Shown here piece after piece: positions 20,756-31,583 of a stretch of 64,000 bases of DNA. The translations under genes were made by a program, and so were the position numbers. The notes beneath the pieces are model-generated. The model saw nothing but the letters and a program-made list of their open reading frames with translations, was not told the origin of the DNA and did not search any database. The stretch spans positions 4,096,001 to 4,160,000 of the forward strand of contig OZ250169.1 of assembly GCA_965237955.1 (NCBI GenBank), read 5' to 3'. Position 1 is the first letter of the stretch; every line of letters starts with the position of its first letter. This DNA comes from Candidatus Marinacidobacterales bacterium (lineage in GTDB: Bacteria; Acidobacteriota; Vicinamibacteria; Marinacidobacterales; SMYC01).

Positions 20756-21111
20756 CTACCCGAGGCTCTGTTGCACCAGTTCTTCGGTGAGCGTCAATAC
20801 GTACCGCCCATCGTCGAGCTTCTCGAGATGCCCCTCCTGGAATGGATCGAACTCGAACGACTTGATGACGCGGTTGTAGACGTCCTTGAGCGCACGGGCG
20901 CCGACGCGCGGTTGGAGAGCCGCCTTTTGCGCGATGAGATTCTTCGCGCCATCGGTAATCCGGATCTCGATCTTGAAGCGCTCGAAAAAGCGCTTCGAGG
21001 CTTCGAAGATCGAGTCTTTCGTCCCCACGAAGATCGTCTCCAGGATTTCCGGGGTGAGCTCGCCGAGCACGAGGGTCGTATCGAACCGCGACAAGAACTG
21101 CGGCATCATCC
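20756..21111 (-). pseudogene. clpX: ClpX-like ATPase C-terminal domain, 5' part removed at IS5
   Basis: MPQFLSRF, ITDGA..LIA, VGARALK; ends exactly at the IS IR. Confidence 0.6.
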
Positions 21112-22198
21112 TGCCTTGGTGCACAACTCCGATAGAGGCCGAGAGCTCGCTTGGCCCCGACTCCCATCATCCGATCATCTCGCTATCAGGCATCCCGAGC
21201 GCCGTCATCGTGTTGAGAATCTTGCACCCGATCCTTGCCTCGACTCTCTGTGCCGCCAACCCTCTCGCTCGCATCGCTGAGCCCACGATAGCCTTGTAGC
21301 GATGGAACGTTGTCTCGACTTTGCTCCGTTTGCTGTAGCCCGATTCTGTGTGCCACTTTCGTTTGCCGAGCCGAGCTTGTGCTGCAATGTTGCGATTGCG
21401 CTGTCGGCTGCTCGCCGGCCCCGATGCGAGCTGGGCGCCCTTGCGCGGCGGTATCAGCACCCTCGGCGAGCAATGAGCGCTGTGATTCTCGATCGCCTCA
21501 TAGACGCCGCCGGCGTCGTATGCGGTGTCAGCTCTGGCCGATGAGATGGGACTGTCGATCTGTCCGACAAGCGATGCAACCCGCGATGAATCGCGGGCTC
21601 TTTTGCTCGTCAGCTCGCCGGCGACGACTTCGCCAGTCTGCTCGTCGACACACAGATGGAGCTTGCGATAGTCCCTGCTCTTTGGTGCTCTGCGCAGCTG
21701 GCCGGCGTGGACAGCGAGACCGCTGCTGTCGATCAAGATGTGCAACGGCGTCTTCTGCTTGTCTTGGTAGAAGGGGACCTTACCCAGCTTCGCCTTGCGC
21801 CTCGAGATCGTGGTGTGATCGGGCACATCATTGTCTAGCTTCATCAGAGCGAACAACGATCGCAGCAATCCCTCGCTCTGCCTAGATGACAGATGAAACA
21901 CCATGCCCAGGGTGACAGCCGTCTCGATGGCGTGGTTCGAGTACTTGCGTTGACGGCCCGGTTTCCTCCTCCTCGGCCGGGGCGCGTCCCAGTTCACAAG
22001 CTTGCCGGCGGTGAGCGAGATCCAGACGGTCAGGCTCCCACGGTTGCGTAGACCCGCCTCATATTCACGCCAATTCCTCACGCGATAGGCCTTCTTCACA
22101 TACTTCCGCTGAGTGCGTTTGAAAATGCTCATGGGGAACCTCGAATCCGTGAGTAAAGGACAATTGTGGACCGAGATCGCGAGTTGTGCACCAAGGCA
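21112..22198 (-). mobile_element. IS5 family (IS903-like) element, copy 1, 1087 bp
   Basis: 18-bp IR TGCCTTGGTGCACAACTC at both ends; no TSD. Confidence 0.92.
21167..22132 (-). CDS. IS5 family transposase
   Basis: YRVRNWREYEAGLRNRGSLTVW, PDHTTISRR, IDSSG, ADTAYD, YSKRSKVET. Confidence 0.92.
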   Translation of the reverse strand: MSIFKRTQRKYVKKAYRVRNWREYEAGLRNRGSLTVWISLTAGKLVNWDAPRPRRRKPGRQRKYSNHAIETAVTLGMVFHLSSRQSEGLLRSLFALMKLDNDVPDHTTISRRKAKLGKVPFYQDKQKTPLHILIDSSGLAVHAGQLRRAPKSRDYRKLHLCVDEQTGEVVAGELTSKRARDSSRVASLVGQIDSPISSARADTAYDAGGVYEAIENHSAHCSPRVLIPPRKGAQLASGPASSRQRNRNIAAQARLGKRKWHTESGYSKRSKVETTFHRYKAIVGSAMRARGLAAQRVEARIGCKILNTMTALGMPDSEMIG

Positions 22199-22292
22199 GC
22201 CCATCGCGACCTATTCTGCGTTCTGGTTCGCCTGGGCCGCCTTCAACCGAGACACGGAGATTTATTCCCCGTCGACCGCCGCTTCCCCATAA
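22199..22292 (+). pseudogene. DUF3179 3' tail left after IS5
   Basis: PIATYSAFWFAWAAFNRDTEIYSPSTAASP*; first 75 bp identical to the reverse complement of 31303-31377. Confidence 0.65.
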
Positions 22293-22318
22293 CCGGCGAC
22301 GCCGCTTCGCCTCGCCAC

Positions 22319-23170
22319 TTGCAACCCAATCGCTCTCGGCACTCGGCGGGCGTTGCGGCCGTCGCTTTCATGCTGAGTGGAATGGCCGCTTCGGCCGAGG
22401 CCGGCGCCTGGACGCTCCCCAGGGGACAGAACTGGCTTCAGCTCGGTTTCATGTTCCAGGACACGAGCGAGCGTTACTTCTTGGACGGCAGCCGCATCCC
22501 CTATTTCTTCGACGGCAGGAATCGAACCCAGGCCTTGTTTTTCGACTACCAACGAGGCCTCACCGATAGGCTCGACGTTAAGGTACAGTTTCCCATCTTC
22601 CGCATCTCCTTCGACGACTTCAGCGACGATCGCACCAGCACCGGCCTGGGTGACTTGCGGCTGGAAGCCCGCTACAACTTCGTTAAATCTCCGCTGGTGG
22701 CCGCCGTGGGAGGCACCATCAAGTTTCCTACCGGGGAGTTCGTCAACGATGCCGAGATCGTTCCCGTGGGAGAAGGCCAATACGACTTCGACCTCTTCGT
22801 CGAAGTAGGCCGCTCCCTCTGGCCGAAGCCGGGCTACGTCACTGGCAAGATGGGTTACCGCTGGCGCGCGAAGAACCAGGAGACCGGCATTGATCAGGGC
22901 GACGAGATCCTCTGGCACATCGAGCTCGGCTGGCAGTTCCATCCGCGAGTGACGGTGAAGGGGCTTTTCCGGGGTCTCTACGGTCTCGACTCCACCAGCT
23001 TCGACCTCATCATCGAATCGCTTCGTCGCGAGGTCGTCTACTTCCAACCAGGAGTCACCTTCGCGGTCACGGAAGCTTCAGGCATCGAGCTCACCGTCCC
23101 CATTTCTCTCCGCGGTCGCAACTGGCCGGCGGGCCCGGTTCTGGTTATCCTTTTCACCCAAAACTTCTAG
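22319..23170 (+). CDS. Putative outer-membrane beta-barrel transporter (start uncertain)
   Basis: Signal peptide, AGAWTLPRG, GLGDLRL, IKFPTG, C-terminal Phe. Confidence 0.65.
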   Translation: MQPNRSRHSAGVAAVAFMLSGMAASAEAGAWTLPRGQNWLQLGFMFQDTSERYFLDGSRIPYFFDGRNRTQALFFDYQRGLTDRLDVKVQFPIFRISFDDFSDDRTSTGLGDLRLEARYNFVKSPLVAAVGGTIKFPTGEFVNDAEIVPVGEGQYDFDLFVEVGRSLWPKPGYVTGKMGYRWRAKNQETGIDQGDEILWHIELGWQFHPRVTVKGLFRGLYGLDSTSFDLIIESLRREVVYFQPGVTFAVTEASGIELTVPISLRGRNWPAGPVLVILFTQNF

Positions 23171-23305
23171 GAGCGCACCGGCATTTAACGTGTTGCGATC
23201 TACCAGGGGATGCCGATTCTTACAGCCGGCGAGACTTCTCGTTCTACATAACTCGTTGCAATTCTATGAATGGACGTCGACCTCAAAAGGAGAGGATGGT
23301 AGTCA

Positions 23306-24475
23306 ATGTCGAGATGCAAGCTAAGCCTTCGACTGTGTTCCTTGTTCAGTCTCGCTCTATGTGGGTTAGACACGTCGACCGCTTTGGGCTCAGCCCAAGA
23401 AAACGTCCGATCGTTTCAGGTCACCGCTTCTAGGTTCCAGTTCCAGCCTTCCCGCTTGGAAGTCAACCTGGGCGACCGAGTACGCATCATCTTGCGCTCG
23501 ACGGATGTGGATCATGGATTTGGTCTGCCCGTTTTCGACGTCGAGGCAAACATCCCAGCAAGTGGTGAGCCCGTCGCGATCGAATTCACCGCCGACAAGC
23601 CGGGTACCTTTCCCTTCGGCTGCACCACCTTTTGTGGAGATGGACACTTCGGCATGGTGGGTGAGCTGGTGGTACTCTCCGCTGAAACTGTAGGAGTGGA
23701 CGCGGTAGAGGCCAACTTAGTGGAGCCGAATTTCACCTTGATCAATCTCCCCACCACTCGGCGGCTTCCCCGGAACCGGTTTGCCTTCCGCGTCACCCAT
23801 CGCTTCCGCCGTCCTCTCAGTCAAGGAAGTCCTACGAATCTTTTCGAAGATCTGTTTGGCTTGGATGGCGGAGCCGAGATAGGCCTCGAGCTCCGCTATG
23901 GGTTTTCGCCGAGGACGCAAGTGGGATTCTACCGCACAAGCGATCGAACCATCGAGCTTTCGGGACGGCACAATCTGTTTGAACAGGGAGGGAGTCCGAT
24001 CGGAGTGAGTATTGCCGTGTCGATGGAGGGAATGAATAATTTCCGAAGCGAGCGCTCGGCATCGGTGGGCGTCGTTGTCTCCCGTAGGTTCGGGGGTCGC
24101 GCCGCCGTCTATTTGGTGCCTCGCTGGGTTAGCAATACCAATTTGCTAGAATTACCAGGCGAGCACGGAGGAACGAATCGTCTTCTAGACAGCTCCACAC
24201 TCATCCTAGGTGTTGGCGGGCGGCTATTGCTTTTCGATATGGTGGCCTTGGTCGGAGAGATTTCACCCCGACTAGCTGGATTTGACGAAAGCATTTTCGG
24301 AGGAGGCGAACCCGATTTTAGCGCTAGCTTCGGCATCGAGAAGGTTTTCGGCGGTCACGTATTTCAGGTCAATTTCTCGAATCACTTGGGTACAACGTCC
24401 GCTCAACTTGCTCGTGGGCAACAAGGTCCTGAGGACTGGTTTATTGGATTCAACATTTCGAGAAAATTCTTCTAG
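23306..24475 (+). CDS. CuA-type cupredoxin domain fused to a DUF5777-like beta-barrel
   Basis: DVDHGF and CTTFCGDGHFGM; then TLINLPT, THRF, FGLDGGA, GGHVFQVNFSN, IGFNISRKFF. Confidence 0.75.
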   Translation: MSRCKLSLRLCSLFSLALCGLDTSTALGSAQENVRSFQVTASRFQFQPSRLEVNLGDRVRIILRSTDVDHGFGLPVFDVEANIPASGEPVAIEFTADKPGTFPFGCTTFCGDGHFGMVGELVVLSAETVGVDAVEANLVEPNFTLINLPTTRRLPRNRFAFRVTHRFRRPLSQGSPTNLFEDLFGLDGGAEIGLELRYGFSPRTQVGFYRTSDRTIELSGRHNLFEQGGSPIGVSIAVSMEGMNNFRSERSASVGVVVSRRFGGRAAVYLVPRWVSNTNLLELPGEHGGTNRLLDSSTLILGVGGRLLLFDMVALVGEISPRLAGFDESIFGGGEPDFSASFGIEKVFGGHVFQVNFSNHLGTTSAQLARGQQGPEDWFIGFNISRKFF

Positions 24476-24626
24476 ATTCATCCCCCGGCCGCCCGTCGGG
24501 GCTTACTTTACAATTGGACATTATTAGGCCTGTCGGAGCTTGTGGGTATGAAATCAGCATCAGGACTCTCTAAACAGAGAAGCCAGCGAGCACTGCACGG
24601 TCCGTCTTCGATTAGGAACCGGCATC

Positions 24627-26006
24627 ATGTGCAAACATGACATTCGTTCTGCAATAGCGATAACCGTCCTTATAGTCTTTCTGTGTGCACGGAGTCTTAG
24701 CAGTGCGCAGACTAAGGATGGCTCCACACCGATAGTTGAAGAATTTGTTCTGCTTCTGGTCGAGGATACAGCGCGTCGTGAGCAGGCCTTTGCTGTCATT
24801 GACGAGCAGTGGCAGGATACTTTCACACCCATGTTGTTGGAGGTTCTCAACTTGACTCGCGATCCGTCATTTGCCGTGCGCCTGAGGCAACTCCTAGAAA
24901 CTAAGACCAAAAAAAAGTACCAATACGATGTCAACAAGTGGTACGAGTGGATCTGGAGTCAGGAACCGCAAGTTCATCCGCGTTACGCCGATTTCAAAAG
25001 TAAGTTATACGGCCGGATCGACCCGAAGTTTGAAGACTATTTCAGCAATGAACGCACCGCGAAGATCCGACTAGATGAGGTGCGTTGGGGGGGGGTACGC
25101 CAGGATGGCATCCCGCCGCTGCGCTATCCCAAGATGATCGCCGCCAAGCAGGCCGATTATCTGGACGATGACGGGATCATCTTTGGTCTCGAGGTCAATG
25201 GTGATGCGCGTGCCTACCCCAAGCGCATCCTGGGTTGGCACGAGATGTTTGTCGATGATGTGGGTGGCGTGCCGGTGGCCGGTGTTTATTGTACCCTGTG
25301 CGGGACCATGATCCTGTACAAAACGGTTCACCAAGGGGTCAACCACGAGTTAGGTACCAGTGGATTCTTGTATCGTTCCAACAAATTGATGTATGACCAA
25401 AAGACACAGTCGCTTTGGAATACGATCTGGGGACAACCGGTGATTGGGCCACTTGCGGATCGGGACATCACACTGGAGCGGATGAGTGTCGTGACGACGA
25501 CCTGGGGTGAGTGGCGTCGTCGACACCCCGACTCACAAGTGCTTTCCATAGATACGGGATACGAGCGCGACTACTCCGAAGGCGCCGCCTACCGGGACTA
25601 CTTTGCCACGGACAAGCTCATGTTCAGCGTGCCCAAGCTGGATAAACGCTTAAAAAACAAAGATGAGGTCCTGGGTCTGATCTTTAGCCGGCATCCGGCT
25701 AAGCCTCTCGCTATTTCGGCGAAATATCTGGCCAAGAACACCCTCTATCACGATCGCGTAGGCAATCTACAATTCGTGGTGCTTACAGATCCGTCCGGCG
25801 CCAATCGGGTTTACGAAACCAAGGGGATCACTTTCAAGAAGTGGGATCTCGAGAGAACAGCAGTGGACGAGGACGATGGGCGTTGGACGCTGAGCGAAGA
25901 CCAACTCGAGTCTTCCGACGGCCGCGTGCTTTACCGGCTACCTGCCCATCGCGCGTTCTGGTTCGGCTGGTATTCGGCTTACTCGAACACACGGTTGGTC
26001 CGATAG
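24627..26006 (+). CDS. DUF3179 domain protein
   Basis: GGVRQDGIPPL, ARAYP, YCTLCG, GTSGFLYRSNKLMYD, FWFGW. Confidence 0.85.
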   Translation: MCKHDIRSAIAITVLIVFLCARSLSSAQTKDGSTPIVEEFVLLLVEDTARREQAFAVIDEQWQDTFTPMLLEVLNLTRDPSFAVRLRQLLETKTKKKYQYDVNKWYEWIWSQEPQVHPRYADFKSKLYGRIDPKFEDYFSNERTAKIRLDEVRWGGVRQDGIPPLRYPKMIAAKQADYLDDDGIIFGLEVNGDARAYPKRILGWHEMFVDDVGGVPVAGVYCTLCGTMILYKTVHQGVNHELGTSGFLYRSNKLMYDQKTQSLWNTIWGQPVIGPLADRDITLERMSVVTTTWGEWRRRHPDSQVLSIDTGYERDYSEGAAYRDYFATDKLMFSVPKLDKRLKNKDEVLGLIFSRHPAKPLAISAKYLAKNTLYHDRVGNLQFVVLTDPSGANRVYETKGITFKKWDLERTAVDEDDGRWTLSEDQLESSDGRVLYRLPAHRAFWFGWYSAYSNTRLVR

Positions 26007-26048
26007 CGAGCGGACGACACGTCCGTGAAGTGCTTACACATAGAGAAC

Positions 26049-29000
26049 CTATCGCGGCGGACTCGAATCGAGCGTCAGCGGCTCCTTAGCCGGGAAGAAC
26101 TCCACATCGAGCGCCGCCGCCACCTGGTCCCGGAAGCGCCCCACCTCCTCCGCCAAAACCAGGTTCGTTTGCTCGATTGCTTGCTCTAGATCCTCTTCGG
26201 CTGCCTGCAGATGCAGCCGCTCCGCCTCGGTGGGCGCGTCGCGTGACGGCGTGAACGTGCCGAGGGCGCCGTCGCCGGTGAGGTCCAAAAGCTGCGGTAG
26301 CACGTCGTCGGGCCAGCTCTCCATCCCCTGAATCCGCTGGGGCCCTCCGTCGAGATAAAAGTTCATCGTGTCTCCGGTGAACAGCACCTCCACGTCGGTG
26401 AGCGCCTCCTTGAGGTCGCCACCGGCCGATGCCAGCTCCTTGGCGGTACCGTCGCTCGCCCCGCGGTTGGCCTGGACTTGTTCGACCACGCGGTCGACGG
26501 CACGTTTCGCGTATCGCAGACGATTGACTGCTTCCGTGGCGACTTCCACGCGCTGGCCCACGGTGATGAGGAAGTCCAGCTTCTCGCGCTGGGCCGCGAT
26601 CGGGACGTCGAATCTCGGATCCTCGCGGACCTCGACCGCCGCGCTCACTTCCTCGCCCGTGAGCTCGATGCGAACGGTGTAGCGGCCGGGCAGCACTTGC
26701 GGCCCCGGGTGGAGCGACGGGGCCGATGTCACTTCCGCAGGAGGCAGGCGGATCGAGTCCCGACGCAAGTCCCACGCGGTCCGGTTGATGCCCGGCTTGG
26801 CCGGAGCCTCGAACGTGCGAATCGTGGCACCCGCCTCGTCGAGGACTTCGATGGTCACCTTCGCGGTGTCGCTTGCTACGGACTCGGTAGAAATGGAGTA
26901 GGTCACGAGCGCCCCGTACGGCCGATTCTCCCCAATGAACATTCCATCCCCGTTGCCACGGGTCATATACCGGCGCCACAGAAGATGGCGAGTGGTCACC
27001 GGAACCTCGAACAAGTGTAGCGGCCGGTTTGAGATCGCCGGATCGCGCGCCAGCGCGCGCAGCGGCCCCACGTCGTCCAGGATGTACACCGAGCGCCCGT
27101 GGGTCGCGATCACCAGGTCGTGATCCCGAGGATGCACGACGAGGGCCCGGGTCGGAGCACGCGGGAGTCCGTGACGCCACAGATGCCACTTCTGACCTCC
27201 GTTCAGCGAGACGTACATGCCGTATTCGGTGCCGAGAAACAGCAAATTCGCTTCGACGGGATCCTGCTCGATCACATGAACGAAGTTGAATGGCTCGATG
27301 TCCGCGGTGACCAGGCTGGTCCAGGTGGTGCCGTAATCCATGGTCTTGAAGACGTAGGGCGTGTTGTCGCCCCGACGGTGATCGTCGAAGGTCACGAAGG
27401 CCGTGCCACCCTCGAACTTGGAGGCCTCGATGTGCGGCACCCAGCTGTTCGGGCGCACGCCGCGGATCCGCTCCACCACGTTGACCCAGGTGCCGCCGCC
27501 GTCACGCGTCAGCTGCACGTTGCCGTCGTCGGTGCCGACCCAGAGCACCCCACGCTTGACCGGCGACGGCGCGATGGTGAGGATCGCGGTGTGGTTTTCC
27601 GCTTCGGTGTCGTCGCGCGAGAGCCCGCCGGATTGGTCCGCCATCTGCTTCTCGGGGTCGTTGGTGGTGAGGTCTGGGCTCAGGAGGGTCCACGTCGTTC
27701 CCATGTCCGTGCTGCGGTGGACGAACTGGCTCCCGAAGTAGAGCGATCCATCGTGGGGATCGATGGCCATCCCCGGGTTCCAGTTGTAGCGGAGATCGAT
27801 CCCCTCGGGATGGGCGGGCCCGATCGTGTGGCGCTCACCGGTTTGAAGATCGGATCGGACGATGTAGCCGGCCTCCCTCGTGGAGTAAACGTAGCGCGGG
27901 TTTCCGGGAACGGCGAGCGTCGCGAAGCCGTCGCCGGATCCCACCTCCTTCCAGTCGGAGAAGCCGATGCCGACGTTGTTCCACACCGAGCTCGGTCCGT
28001 GCCACATGCCGTTGTCCTGGAGCCCGCCCATGACGTTGAACGGCGTCGCCAGGTCCACGTTGATCTTGTAGAACTGGCCGAGCGGCAAGTTCTCGATGAA
28101 GCGCCACGAGGCACCCCGGTCATGTGAAAGGGTGACCCCGCCGTCATTGCCGTCGATCAGGATCTTGCCGTCGAGGCTCACCCAGAGCGCGTGGTGATCC
28201 CCGTGCACCCGCCCGTTTTGGAGCCTGCGAAAGTTCTTGCCGCCATCCTCCGAGAGATTCAACGTCCCCACCAAGTTGTACACACGGTTCTCGTTGACGG
28301 GGTCCACCACCAACCTCGCGAAGTAGAACGGGCGTCTCGCGATCGATCGCAAGCCGCCTCTATCGCTTACGACCTTCCACGTCTCGCCGCGGTCGTCGGA
28401 GCGCATCATGACGCTGTGTTTGGCCTCGACCACCGCATAAACCACCTTGGGATTCCCCGGCGCGAAGGCGAGCCCTATGCGACCGAGCTCGCCCTCCGGG
28501 AGACCTTCTCTCGGACTCAGCCGCTTCCAGCTCTCGCCGCCGTCGTAGGTGACGTGGAGCCCGCTTCCCGCTCCACCCGAGCGGAAAAACCACGGCCAGC
28601 GACGGTGATCCCACATGGCGGCAATGACGTGGTTAGGGCTCCCGGGATCCATGACGAGGTCCGCGGCACCTGTGGTTTCGTTCATGTAGAGCACGTTCTC
28701 CCACGTCTTGCCGCCGTCGGTGGTCTTGTACACGCCCCGGTCCTCACTCTCCTTCACGTGTTGCCCAAGGCGCTCACGTAGGCCACGTCCGGATTGCTCG
28801 GGTGCAGCACGATGGCGGCGATCGCCCCCGTCGACTCGAGCCCCACATGTTGCCAGCTCTTGCCGCCGTCGAGCGACTTGTACACCCCGGTGCCGACCCC
28901 GGCCGAGTTGCGGCGGCCGCGCTCACCGGTGCCGATCCACACCAGCTCGGGCGCCGCCTGGTAGATCGCGACCGCTCCGATCGACGTTGCAGGAATGCCG

Positions 29001-29260
29001 TCCGTGAGCGGTCTCCACGTCACGCCGCCGGAGGTGGACTTCCATAGACCGCCCGTGGCCGAGCCCACGTAGATAATGTTGGGGTCGGTGTCGACGGCAT
29101 CAATGTCGCTGATACGGCCGCTCATCCCGGAGGGGCCGATGCTCCGAATTTTTAAACCGCTAAGCTGGGTAATGTCCACCGTCTGGGACTGCGCTGTGGA
29201 CGCCGCGACAAGGATAGTGGCGAGGAAAACTGTGAAAGAGGCGAGAAAACCAGCGTACAT
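26049..29260 (-). pseudogene. Sortilin/VPS10-like BNR-repeat protein, frameshift near 28755
   Basis: RSIGPSGMSGRI, repeated S.DGG.TW boxes, SPDLTTND; ORFs 28754-29260 and 26049-28757. Confidence 0.82.
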
Positions 29261-29298
29261 GGCGGCCTACTCCGTGAAGTCAGGATAAGGGATGGTCG

Positions 29299-29332
29299 AT
29301 CCCGTGCGGCACTGAGCGTAGCCGCACGGGAT
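29299..29332. promoter_or_regulatory. 12-bp perfect inverted repeat between divergent genes
   Basis: ATCCCGTGCGGC-N10-GCCGCACGGGAT; function unknown. Confidence 0.4.
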
Positions 29333-29548
29333 TATCACACTTTACATGAGCGCCGATCAACTTTTGGACAGCTGTCATGCCGCTTTGGAGGCATGGCTCT
29401 CCGAGCACAAAGAGGACTCGAGGCTCGACTCGGTTTACAGCTTCTCAAAAGGATAGTACATTTCATACGCTGCGGGACGTTGCCGCACGGCGGGCGCGAA
29501 GCGAGCGGACATAGAGCGGGCGGCTAATCGATCGGGAGGAGAAACGTA

Positions 29549-31302
29549 ATGGATGACCAAAGATTCACCATGAACCGCCGTCGCTTCATGGCCTTGTCGG
29601 CAACAGGCCTCGGTTCGCCGTTGATGCCGGGCGCGCTCGCTGCCGTGGCTCAAGACGCGGAGACCATCACCATCGAGATGATCGAGGCCGCGCAAAAGAT
29701 CGCGGGGTTGTCCTTTACGCGCGAAGAGCAACAGTGGATCCTCGAGAGGCTGAACGGAGAGAGAAGCCCGCTCGCGGCTTTCGACACGCTCAGAGCCGCC
29801 AACCTTGGCAACGCCACCCAGCCGGCCACCGTCTTCAATCCCGTCCCTCCCGGCAAGGAGCTCCCGAGCGAGCGAAGACCTCTGAAGCGACAGGAGATCG
29901 ATGTCTCGATGCCCGCGACGGACGAAGAGCTGGCGTTTCTCCCGGTGACCCATCTAGCCAAGCTGGTGGAGAGCCGTCAAATCAAGCCCACCGAGCTCAC
30001 CGAGCTGTATCTCGCGCGCCTGAAAAATCATGACCCCACGCTCCACTGCGTCGTCAATCTCACCGAGGAGCATGCGCACCGGCAGGCGAAGCGAGCCGAC
30101 GAAGAGATTGCCGCGGGGACTTATCGAGGCCCCCTTCACGGAATCCCCTGGGGAGCGAAAGACTTGCTTGCCGTTCGGGGGACCAAGACGACGTGGGGTG
30201 CCTCACCGTACAAGGACCGGGTCATCGACACCGACGCCACCGTGTACCGGCGGTTGACGGAGGCGGAGCGATACTGATCGCCAAGCTATCGACGGGTACG
30301 CTGGCCGACGGTGACCGATGGTTTGGAGGACAAACCCGAAACCCTTGGAACACCGAGCAAGGATCCAGCGGCTCTTCCGCCGGGCCCGGCTCGGCGACGG
30401 CGGCCGGACTGGTGGGCTTTTCCATCGGGACGGAAACTGGAGGATCCATCATGTTCCCATCGGCTCGAAACGGCGTCACCGGTTTGCGGCCTACCTTCGG
30501 ACGGGTCAGCCGCTACGGAGCCATGGCGCGTGCGTGGACGATGGACAAGATAGGACCGATGTGCCGCTCGGCCGAGGATTGCGCGCTCGTGTTCGACGTC
30601 ATTTACGGACCCGACGGGAAGGACAATACAGTCCTCGACGTGCCCTTCAACTGGGATGCCACGGCCGACGTGACCAAGCTGCGCGTGGGCTACCGGCGCT
30701 TGGCGTTTGAAGGTGAGATCCCTGAGGATCCGGAAAACCCAGAGAGCGCCGCACTACGACGCCAGACCCGCAAGAACAACGAAGAAGCGTTGCGAGTCAT
30801 CCGCTCTCTGGGCGTCGAGGTGGTACCGTTTGAGCTACCTGATGTGCCTACCGAAGCCCTCGGCTTCATCGAGAATACGGAATCGGCTGCGGCCTTCGAT
30901 GAGCCGACACGAAGCGGAAAGCTCAACCTTATTAAAGAGCTGCCCGAGATTAAAGAGCTGCCCGAGGAGAGCCACGGGCCGGCGGACCACTTCCGCACCG
31001 CCAATTTCATTCCCGCCGTCGAGTACATCCAAGCCAACCGCTTACGTATGCAGGTGATGGAAGAAGTGGATGAAGCCATGTCCGATCTCGACCTCTTCAT
31101 CTCAGCGGTCGGTCAAGGAAGCAGTGTCTACTTGACCAACCTCACCGGTCATCCGGCGATCAGCATGCCCAGTGGCTTTTTTCAGGGCTCACCCACGAAC
31201 CTGATGTTTACGGGCAAGCTCTTTGGTGAGCCGGAAATCCTGCTGCTGGCACATGCGTTCCAGGCGCAGACCGATCACCACTTGAAGCATCCCAAGCTCT
31301 AG
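29549..31302 (+). pseudogene. Tat-exported amidase, frameshift near 30265
   Basis: NRRRFM Tat motif, GPLHGIPWGAKD, GSSGSSAG, GTETGGSI. Confidence 0.85.
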
Positions 31303-31556
31303 GACGGGGAATAAATCTCCGTGTCTCGGTTGAAGGCGGCCCAGGCGAACCAGAACGCAGAATAGGTCGCGATGGGCTGCAACCTGGCCCCTTCGAGCTC
31401 GCCCGTGAGAGCGATGCCCGTCAAGCTCCACACCGTGCCCGTCTCTCTATCTTTGAGGTTGAACGGGAAGCTCCCCTCCTCGATCACATCGAAGGTCAGG
31501 AGCCGGCCGGGCGCATCGGCACCTGCGGCGAGATCTATCAACCTTCGGTTCACCAC
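31299..31556 (-). pseudogene. DUF3179 C-terminal fragment
   Basis: DRETGTVWSLTG.A..G.L.G..L...FWFAW. Confidence 0.7.
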
Positions 31557-31583
31557 CCATTCTGAATCCTCAATCCTGAATCC

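Noticed and set aside
24627-26006. Selenoprotein form of DUF3179
   Set aside because: The motif is YCTLC with Cys codons; there is no in-frame TGA
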